Source: Atractiella rhizophila
Lineage: Eukaryota
Direction of reading: 5' to 3'
Length of the DNA stretch: 20,000 bases
Assembly: GCA_021432655.1 (NCBI GenBank)
Contig: MU271226.1
Location: 115,184 to 135,183, forward strand
The notes under the pieces: model-generated
Database searches by the model: none
Seen by the model: the letters and a program-made list of their open reading frames with translations, nothing else
What the model was told of the DNA's origin: nothing
Position numbers and translations under genes: made by a program
Shown: positions 10,918-20,000 of the stretch, piece by piece
How positions within the stretch are numbered: the first letter of the stretch is position 1
How the letters are laid out: every line of letters begins with the position of its first letter

Positions 10918-12031
10918 AATAGCTTCAGGTCGCTACTTTAGAAAAGGAAGGCAGAGAACGAACAAAGTAGTATTCGGGTCGACCGGGATCCTGGAGATGC
11001 AGGTTCAGTTTACGAATTCGATACGCCATCCATTCACGTTCAAACTTCAATACGGCTCTTAAGTCTTCAATGATGGGCATGAACGTTCAATGGGCCAGAT
11101 TGTAGTTGGATTGTCGCGATATGCATGCTGCAACGATCACCATGAAACCAAGCCAATCAAGGTAAGAACGGATACTCACCTGGAAACATATTTTCTGGTA
11201 CGAGAAGTCCCCTATCCTTGTCAGTTCCACTGAGATTTACTATGCGTAACTTTTGTTCTTCCATCGTTTGTCAGCACGTTGTGTTGCTCAAGGAGAACTC
11301 TGTTGTCATACCAGTCCAAAAACTTCTGGATAACCAGTATTTTGCGGAACTACTTCACAATTGTGCAAACCGATAGTTATTCGAGTAATAAGGCACATTT
11401 TCCCTTGATAAATGCGGTTGAAAGCCTCGTGAATGTAACTGCCTGACGTTTCGCTAACACAGCTGTCGGGAGTCGCACAGGACATGTCAGGCTAAAAACA
11501 CAAGAAGTCAGGGAACATCTCAAAGTTGAAGAACTCCATAAAACTCGGTTGTACTAGTAAGACATGTCATCGGAGAAGAGACCTCGCGATCTATAAATGT
11601 GTTGGGCAACAGTATCAACTCCGCAATGGATCGACTTTTGTAGACTAGGATAGACACCAAGAAAGTTTCACCAGACCCAGACTTACTTATGGAATTGTAC
11701 AGGTTGCAGAAGTCAACTTAATACTGGAAAGGGAGGGATGGCAGTTGTTGTGCTCCTGTTTCACTGAAATGACTCGTTCGATCACAGGGTAAATCACGTG
11801 GGATTATGTAATACCTTGTTACACCTATAAACAGCAGACAGGGCAACGATTGACTATCCTGGATAAGTCTGCCACAACACTTTGACAAGAGATGAGCGAT
11901 GGGGACGAAAGCTACAGCGGTAGCGACATTTTGATAAGGGAATGTGCGAGAAGCATGTGCATCATGAACATCCAAGTAATTACAATCGACCCAGCAGGCA
12001 CCACATCCGGCTTCCTCCTTCTGACATACCC

Positions 12032-13988
12032 TCAAAACATATTAGCCAAAGCGCTAGCAGCCATCCTAGCATCCACCACCCCTCTCTCCTCCTTCTGTAC
12101 CGCCTGGGTTGGGTGGACGTACATGCTCTGGCTCATCATCTGCGCGTTCGGCTGCAGGTGAGCTGGCGCCATCCCGCTCCCGTTCTGCGGAGGGAGAGAG
12201 GGGACAGATTGGCTTGGATGTTGGTGGACATGAGGTGGTGGTGCAGAAGAGGGAATTTGTTGTTGTGGGCGTCCATCTGAGATGGTAGCTGTCGAAGAAG
12301 GGATTGTAGAAGAGGTATCGATCCTTGCCAGTCTGTAGTACCAATTGAACAGGTTATTCGTCCATCATTGACTTGAGAAGAAGAAAGAGACGAACAGAGG
12401 TTTACACATCTCTAATTCCTTCAGTATCTGCTTCTCGTAAATCAGACTACTCCTCGCCTGCTCGACTACTGCAGCGACGAGGTCGGCGTGGGAGTGCTTC
12501 GCATGCGTCTTCATCGACGGCGTCAGATGTTCGTTCAATGCGGAGATCTTCTGTGCGAGCGTGCTCTCGAGCGTCGTGGCCTACCGTGAACCCAAAAGTT
12601 TAGGACGAACGTGCATGAGTTATGATGAGTAGACGAACCTCCTCCAACTCCTCCAATGCCTCGTCCACCCTATCACGGGTCGGATTCCCTTTCAACTTCT
12701 CCACGTTCTTCCTCTTGTTGAAAGCGTTCTTTGCGGCATTCCTATACTCTTCCAAGAGTGCCGCTCGTCCTCCAAGCGTTTCCTGTTCCACATTCAATCA
12801 ATCTGTCGCCTTCACAAAGGCAGGGTGACGCAAGGAGGGGAAGCAAAGCAAGAAATGCTCACTCACCTTGGCACCCTTAGCGTTCCCAGCCTGGTACGCC
12901 AACACATCTCCCAACGTAACGGCCACACAAGTAGCCTCCGACGCCTCGTAGTCGCCCATTGAGTGGAGGGTGCGGGACAAGAGGTTGACGGCCTGGTTGA
13001 GAGAGGGATTGGTCACTGAAGGAGGGGTGAGGTTCAAAGCGAGGAGGCGTTCAGAGACGAGGATGTGGTTCGTTGCGAGAGCTTTCCGGCGCTTAGATCA
13101 GCTTATCGTCTTCATGCAAGTGGATGGGATAGGATCTGAAGCTTCAGCCAGCTTACAGGTACGCATCTTCGCCATTCGGTCTATCACGTTCGCTCCTTCC
13201 CCAAAGGTACTCTCGATACGTGACATCTCTATCTTGGTTTGACTGAGAGGGTCGACCTCTGCGGATTTGGATTTGGAGAGGGGATTCTTGAATCCAGTCA
13301 CACCAGAAGAGGAGGAGGAAGCCTTCTTCTTATTCGATATCGGAGTATACTGTTAAAATTCCTGCGTCAGCACACCAAAGAGGAACAGAAGGGGCAAAGG
13401 ACAAACCCCAAAATCATTTTCCACAAACACTCGAAACTCTTCGTCCACGACCAGTATCTTCGTCTCAATGATTCGAGTGAACCACTTCTGGAAGTTCCCT
13501 TTCACGATCTTCTCGTCCTCTTCAGCCGTAGGTGCGCTCGTTTGTGGAAGTGGGAGCGCTGGGATGACGATTTGAGGATTGGAGGCTGCTAGTGCATCGA
13601 GGAGACGGAGGAGTTCGGTGTAGGAGCGAGAGACGGATTTATATCGAGCGCTTCTGAACGACGGTAAGTTGGTCTATTCAACGAGTGCAAAAATCGTTAG
13701 CAGAGGAGTAAGAAGAGAGATAAGGAAGAGTATAACCTCAGCGTCAAACTTGATCCATAAATCTCTCCTGTTCCTCTCGATACCCAACACCCACACCTTG
13801 AACCAGTTCTCCTGCACTCTTGGCACCTGACCCTGAGCCGTAATTGGGGTGGAGGGGACGGAGGGCGAGCGGAGTCCACGTTCAGTTTGGGAGATGGGCG
13901 AGCGCGGCGACAGGGGGCGAGTGAGGTGCTGTTGGGGCTGTGAGGGAGACGGCGCGGAGAGTGGGTCGTAGTAGCTGGAGGTGTTCAT
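12032..13988 (-). CDS. VPS17: Vacuolar protein sorting-associated protein 17-like (PX-BAR sorting nexin, retromer), ~518 aa
   Basis: Seven exons with consistent phases: 13988-13737, 13673-13407, 13349-13157, 13081-12867, 12782-12639, 12580-12396, 12332-12032. PX-like region IERNRRDLWIKFDAETNLPSFR...RSYTEL...NPQIVIPALP...FVENDFGY; BAR-like helices TLGDVLAYQ...RDRVDEALEELEEA; ends VDARMAASALANMF*. An alternative in-frame ATG lies at 14078. Assignment is from recalled family motifs, not a search. Confidence 0.88.
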
Positions 13989-14764
13989 GGCTCTCGGTAC
14001 TTGGGTGTGAGGATTTGGAGGATTTGGAGGTGAAGTCGTTCGGGTTTGGGAGAACAAGTACGCAGTCGTTTCCGCCATGATCCTTCTTCTTTCCGTCCGA
14101 CGGCTCCGAACTTGCTAATGTCTTTGATTTCCAATTCCCAATTTAGGAGGCGAGTGGCAATGTGATATTTGAGCGTTGTGTTCATTCCTCAATCGGTAAA
14201 TACCTACGCAAACCTTGGTTGTGGGCTCAATTCACAGGTCAGGGGGAATCAAAGAGGGAGAAGGAAGGGTGCTACTCGTATGCTCCTGAAAATACTTTCC
14301 CGCATATTCAACGTTTATTCACAACTGCATTGCTGCCAAAGCTTCTATATCTTCGTGGCAAGTTACTGTTGGAGTCCCCAAAACAACCAACTTTCATGAG
14401 CATGAGCGCACTATTATATGAATTACCATATCGCCCTGCAATTAAATCCGATTTTTGAACAAGACGTTGTCTACAGCTTCACTTTTCTTTCGATGAGGTT
14501 GTCAGTTCTTTCCAGTGATGAGCGCGGAAGGGCAATGGCAATTCCTGAAGGCATTGTAATAGTCGCTAGATATTGCATGGGCTATTTCTCACATCCATCG
14601 ATGTATCTTCCTTGATTCAATATTCTGCATTTGTTCGCATTGAGTCAATCTTTCTATTCAATTCTCTCCGCCGCAAACCAAGGTGAATCCGTCACTCAAG
14701 AATAAGAAGAACAACTTTCAAGTTATGTTGCTTTTTGTAGTCGAAACAGGCACAGGACGCTGAG

Positions 14765-14797
14765 GCAAAATTACATTACAGCAAAATTACATTACAG
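14765..14797. repeat. Perfect 16-nt tandem duplication (gcaaaattacattaca x2)
   Basis: Directly visible in the intergenic region. Confidence 0.9.
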
Positions 14798-15886
14798 TAC
14801 ACTGATATACGGGTTCATTAAGCAGAACACTTCGGCCTCCTTGGCTTCAAATTCACGTTACTTCTACGCTGACACGATTTGTTCAAACGTCGAAAGAAAA
14901 GAAACCATCGGAGGAGTGTGAGAAACTGGAACTGTTACTATGAGCATCCACAGAACGTGGACTTGGAGAAGACTTTCTGAAGATTCAGCGTTGTGTGTAA
15001 ATTTTGAAAGCTGAACGTGCTGAGCGGTGATCATTTACTGTACTGCAATGCTTGAACGCTTGAAGAAAAGCTCCGGTGCTTTTCAGGCACAACTGACATA
15101 GTATTTGTTGGTGCTTCAGGAACATGGAGGAGAGCCGATTCCCAATCAAAGAAACTCATATTTCCTCATATAATTTCGGTATCTTACGATGGTGGCTTAA
15201 CCAAGTGTGCACAATTGGAGAGATACTTGTTCTGCCGAGGAAGTGGAGGGATTAATGGAGAACGAGGAGAAACGAGGAGATCTCAGGAGAAGGTGGACAC
15301 CAGTGCTCGTTCCACTTCACAGCTTGAGATTATCGATTTATGACAGTTAAAAGCTTGCAATCTTAGCATGACAGCGAGCTCGAGAACCCGACAGGTCGTC
15401 AGAAAGTTGCCCAAAGCAGACCAAAGCCCAAAGACCCAAACCAAAGGAAAAGAAGGATTTTCTGGAAAGGTCCCAAAGCCGATGCCGGACACCCGACCCG
15501 CATTTCGTCAACTCTCTCCCGCTTTTCTCTTTTTAAGCTGTTTCAGCGACGACCACCTCGATTATCTGCTCGACGTTACTCAAGTCCAGCTCTTTCGAGT
15601 GTCCATACTAACGACACAGGTCCGCCCAAACAGCAAGGCAAGGGATTGGAGTCGCAACAAGTGTACCATTCAGTGAGTGATCTGTGCTTCCGAAGCAGTG
15701 GCGGTCGTCGGGGCGTTGTGATGCTTCTTTTCCCTTTCCTTTGTGACGAAACATTCTTAAAGGGGACAACACCTTTCTTGAATGTCGAGAAAGCGAGCAA
15801 CAAGAGGGAAAGGGACAAGCACTGACCTTTGTTCTCGCAGTCATCTCAACTTGTTGTCGTGTTTCGGTAAACAACGAATTCCAACG

Positions 15887-17601
15887 ATGGAACCCGACGC
15901 ATCCCTGAACGCATCAGCGACGGTGTCTACCCCTTCAACGCCCACTCAACAGCAACCCAAACTTTTCACGACCACGCGTTCCCCTTTCAGCCTCCAGCCG
16001 GCACCCGTCGGCAGAACCCAAGCGAATCCCCTGTCGACGGGACATGTCACCTCTTCGAGAGCGAGCCCTACCGCGAGCCCTACCGCGAGCCCGCGAGCCC
16101 ATTGCAGAGAAGCAAGACTTGGTCTCCCGCTATGAAGAGGCTTGGTACTCCTAGATCGCCTTTGCTGTCGGATCCAGAGGTGGATGAGGAGAAATATAAG
16201 GGTGTTCTCAGACCACGAGAGAGGAAGATGTGGGTTAATTCTGGGGTTGGAAAAGTGGTGAGACGAATGAAGAACTCGGTGCGTTCCTCTTGCTCCCTAT
16301 TTTTAAGAGGGTGTGAAACTGAGTGACAATCGACTATTTAAAGGTCAACCTTTCCTCAGTGCCGGATTCAGTCCTCCTCCACCTCAACCCCCTCCTCTCC
16401 GTCGATCATTCTCCTCCCACTCTACTCCAACCACTCCAGTCAGCCCCGTGAACTTACAATCGCCCACGTTCCCTTCCTCGTCACCGACTTCAGCCCAATG
16501 TCTCGCCGTCCCTCACCGATCGTCACCACCGCACTATCTCCCCGCTCACCCACTTCCGCTTCTCCTCGTCCGCTCTCCCCAAGGAAGAAGGCATTCGACA
16601 TCCCCGTGCTCTCATCCTCCAAAAAGAGAACGATTGTCCTCAGGAGGTGAACCGAAGACACCGGGTTCGCCTTCGAAGAGGATGAAGAAGTCGATGCCTC
16701 CTCCGTCCAGCGTGATCAAGGAAGAAGATGAGGAAGCCGAAAGCTGAAGGCGAGGAGGAACCTGTCGGTACCGGTCTTGGATTAGGAGGAGTCGGATTGG
16801 GTCTAGAGAGACCTTTTAAGCGTCTGTCCTTGAGTAGTTGCAGAGTGTGGAGGAGGAATCGTCGTCGGATTTCTCGGATGAAGAACCAATTCCTCCCTCC
16901 CCACTTTCGAGACCTGGAAGCGCGACCAGAAGAGGATTCTATAGCCTTAACTCGCCGAAGACGAGCAACGAACGTTCTTCTACCCCAGAACTCCTTCCTC
17001 TCTCTCCCCACTTTCCCCCTTTGCCAGTAGTCCATCGGATTACTTTTTCCGGGCATCCACCCCCACGAGGATGAGCAGTGCGTCGGGGAGCGAGGCGAGT
17101 TTGGAAAGGATTGAGGAGGAGGAAGAGCCGAATGAGGAACCGAATGAAGATGAGGTGAGGTTGAAGAAGAGACCTAGGTGGAAGAGACCGGAGAAAAGGA
17201 GGTGGCCTAGTGTGACGAAGATTCCTGCGTTGGCGGATGTGAAAGAGGAGGAGGAGGAGAGGGATTCTTCTGAGGCTAGAGATAAGGGGAAGGAGAGGGA
17301 GATGGACGGAGAGGAAGAGAAGAGGAAGAGGAGGACTTCGTGGCTCACGATTGGGAATAGTAGTACCGATGTGACGAGTGAAGAGGGTGAGATGGAAAGC
17401 GACCTGGAGAGTAATTGGAGCAGAGGAACGAGTGTGACTTCGATGAGTGCAAATGAGGGACCTGGAGGGATGGTCGGAGGCATGATTGGAGGGAGGAGGA
17501 AGAGTTTGGAGAGAAGGAATGGGAGTGGGAGAGAGGAGAGGAGGGAGAGCTTGGAGAAGGTCCTCGAGGAAGAAGAACATGAGGAGGCTTTCCCTCTATG
17601 A
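15887..17601 (+). pseudogene. Ser/Pro/Glu-rich low-complexity protein gene with multiple frameshifts (pseudogene or local sequence errors)
   Basis: Starts MEPDASLNAS at 15887. Protein-like segments continue across successive frames (LQRSKTWSPAMKR; AGFSPPPPQ; GTGLGLGGVGLGLERPFKRLSL; LQSVEEESSSDFSDEE; MSSASGSEASLERIEEEEE...EEAFPL*). One intron at 16279-16343. Frame breaks near 16092, 16358, 16741, 16837 and 17066. Confidence 0.7.
16061..16100 (+). repeat. Coding minisatellite gcgagccctacc x2 followed by gcgagccc x2 (ASPT repeat)
   Basis: Units at 16061-72, 16073-84, 16085-92 (lacks tacc) and 16093-16100. Confidence 0.9.
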
Positions 17602-18478
17602 TCGTGCACATGTCTTTGTCTCAATCTGTGAGTGTTGCCCTGTCTGTCTTCATTGTTCACATTAGACTGACTATGTCTTGTCCTGTTAGAACGGTTTGAA
17701 CGACTTATGACCACTCATGATCTCTTCTCGTCCATCAATCTCTGTATCATTTCGTTCCCAGCACGCACTCCTGCAAGAAGGATCGTCACTCTCCCTCCTA
17801 TTCCTAATCCTAATCATACGTCTTGGGTTATCGGTCCAAATATCCTGTTTGGCGCCGAAACTTCGATCATCGCTGCCTCCTCAGCCTCCCATACTGTCGT
17901 TCCGTCGTTCTTTCCGCTTACGCTTACATCTCCATCTCTCCTCCAATCTCATTCGTTGGTTTATTGACTCTTGGGAACTCAAAACAAACACATTGTACTC
18001 GCACTTCTATCTCAGCTCAGTTCAGCTCAGATCAATTTCGTCCATTCAATCGAACAAGCAGCTTATAATTCAACACATATATTCAAATTGCTTCTTCCTT
18101 CAAGTATTCAATCAACCGATCCATTTATCAATTTAGTTTGGTATGTCGAAACTATCAGAAAAATTTGTCATCCTCTTCGTTTCTTCGAATGTGGTGTTCC
18201 CAGGTGATATACCTCTCGTCTTTGTTGTTTATCCTCAACCCACAGTAATTCAATTTGCGTTCATGAGCTTCATTCAGCTGATCCACTTTGACTCACTTTG
18301 ACTCTAACCGTCAGCTCCCCTCACTTCCCTCAGCACCGTACATGTCGTATACACATCCAACCTGCATTTTTCTTTGTTTTCGAAGACCGAACTGAAGGAT
18401 CAGAGCCCGAAGTAAGCTGCTTGCGAAGAACAGTGTCTCAAAAATGGCCCAGCTTCTGAGAGATATTGATACATTGCA

Positions 18479-19894
18479 CTACACATGTCCCTCCAATTCT
18501 ATTCCCACTTTGTCGAAGCACCAAGAATACCTCTGTTGAATCTCCGTCCCCTTAATGGCATTCATCGCATTGGGTCCAAGAGAAAGTGTCCTGAGATTCT
18601 CCCACTCTCCTCCCCTCTTTTGCACTAGCAGTGACTCTAGCACATGAGCCCAAACATCGGAAAGGTCCAGAGGGCTATATTTTGAGAGGACAGAGCCATA
18701 GAGCTCGCGAACTCCTTCAAGATGGTCATCCGATCCTTCGGGATGAATCGAAAAGGTGTCGATTTGAAGGAATGTGACCTCAGCATATGAAAAATAGCCA
18801 AGGATTTGATCGAGGGGTAACGAGGACGGGTTGCTGCTATCCTCAGCCACCTGCAGGATCAAACGTTGTATTTGACCTCGGAAGGAGGGAGAAGTCTCCA
18901 CAGAACGTTGAGTGAAGATCGCCGATAGAAAGGAGAGAGACTCCAATGATTGGTCAGGCTGAAGGTCAGCGTCTATGTCACCAAAACTGACCGTGCAAGG
19001 ATCCATTCCTCTACCTTCCACTTTCACATGTTTTAGAAGGACCCCTCGATTCGCTCGAAGTGACGTTATTGAAAGCTCTTTGGACCGGAAGGTGACGCTT
19101 CGGAGGCCAGCAGGCAGCGGGTGTAGTAAGGGGTCACGAAGGTAGTCAACGTCCAAAATGATTGACCTTAGAGACACCTCGGGGTGAAGAGCGCACAGGG
19201 AGTGTCGGAAAAAATATTGAGAATCATAGAGAACTGAGTTTCTTGATTGGTCTAAATGATGATGAATGAGAGATAATTCGATCCCGGGTTTTTGTCTCAA
19301 GGGCAGAAAAAGCTCTCGTAACACATCGCTATATAGTTGTTCGAGATCAACTGGATCAAGCTGATAAAAGTGATCTGGTTGCCAAAACGAGATGCTGACA
19401 GACTCTACTTCGTTGTCCGATGAAGAGAAGACACGGGCCATGCGCAATCTAGCTGCGGTGCAGAAGCTGAAGACTCGATTTTCGTCCAGCCAAACGGCCA
19501 GCGATCCCATCTCCCAAGGATTTCGTCTGACTTCTTTGGTTTGTCCAAGGTATCCGAAAACAAGAACAATATGGACAGATCGCGCGAAATCGAGGTATTT
19601 GGAAGGAATCACGTCCAATTCGCGTGGGTATATCGGTGTCTGTTCTTCGAAACGAGCTGTCGAAATGCGAAGCTCGCGGAAGAGAAATGGTACAACAAGC
19701 TCGCGCAAGGATTTGGAGACGCAACTAAGCGACAGGAGCACTCCTGTCGGAGGAGTAGAGTCGAGATCCCGAGCCGATTCAATGATGCAAATTTGCAGCT
19801 CTGGTGGCAGCTTGTTGAAAGGAAAGGGAGTGCTGATTTCTTCAAGAATTGAAGAGACCTCTGATTCGGTTTCTGTCCGTGTTTCGTTCTCCAT
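18479..19894 (-). CDS. F-box domain protein, 471 aa, single coding exon
   Basis: Uninterrupted ORF with N-terminal F-box-like motif PFNKLPPELQICIIESA...LLSLSCVSKSLRELVVPFLFRELRI, followed by degenerate LxxLxL (LRR-like) segments such as SLESLSF, IQRLILQ and ENLRTLSL. Confidence 0.85.
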   Translation of the reverse strand: MENETRTETESEVSSILEEISTPFPFNKLPPELQICIIESARDLDSTPPTGVLLSLSCVSKSLRELVVPFLFRELRISTARFEEQTPIYPRELDVIPSKYLDFARSVHIVLVFGYLGQTKEVRRNPWEMGSLAVWLDENRVFSFCTAARLRMARVFSSSDNEVESVSISFWQPDHFYQLDPVDLEQLYSDVLRELFLPLRQKPGIELSLIHHHLDQSRNSVLYDSQYFFRHSLCALHPEVSLRSIILDVDYLRDPLLHPLPAGLRSVTFRSKELSITSLRANRGVLLKHVKVEGRGMDPCTVSFGDIDADLQPDQSLESLSFLSAIFTQRSVETSPSFRGQIQRLILQVAEDSSNPSSLPLDQILGYFSYAEVTFLQIDTFSIHPEGSDDHLEGVRELYGSVLSKYSPLDLSDVWAHVLESLLVQKRGGEWENLRTLSLGPNAMNAIKGTEIQQRYSWCFDKVGIELEGHV

Positions 19895-20000
19895 GATTTG
19901 GCACCTAGAAGAATAACATGAGAATCACTTAATATGACATACGCGCCTTACAATCAGACCATTCTTGTTTTTGAAAGCATTCCTTACTTGGTATCGTTGC

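Noticed and set aside
11718..12035. Cys-rich ORF as a C-terminal extension of Vps17
   Set aside because: Vps17 stops at ANMF-TGA (12032-12034) in a different frame, so this ORF lies in the 3' flank.
14100..15880. Short ORFs and small repeats in the divergent intergenic region as genes or an array
   Set aside because: No coherent splice model, mostly non-ATG starts, and only isolated two-copy micro-duplications rather than a repeat-spacer array.
16939..17714. Long minus-strand ORFs of 213 and 224 aa
   Set aside because: They are the stop-poor antisense of a GA-rich, Glu/Arg-coding plus strand.
18284..18304. cactttgact x2 micro-duplication
   Set aside because: A two-copy 10-mer is a common slippage product with no further structure.

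Overview
Intron-rich eukaryotic DNA, most likely from a basidiomycete fungus (inferred from mostly 50-65 nt GT-AG introns with CTRAC/CTRAY branch sites and the gene content), so the ORF track is largely uninformative. Manual splicing gives: (1) a ~1.34 kb tandem duplication holding two Baeyer-Villiger/flavin monooxygenase copies broken in complementary ways, one truncated and one full-length with a 7-nt frameshifting deletion; (2) a hidden 4-exon, 101-aa gene between them; (3) an intact 7-exon RimJ/RimL-type GNAT acetyltransferase; (4) a multi-exon hypothetical gene; (5) an intact 7-exon Vps17-like PX-BAR retromer subunit; (6) a Ser/Pro/Glu-rich gene with at least 5 reading-frame breaks; (7) an intronless F-box protein. 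I found no RNA genes, CRISPR arrays or recognisable transposons. The split BVMO duplication is the most interesting structure, but assembly artefact cannot be excluded from sequence alone.
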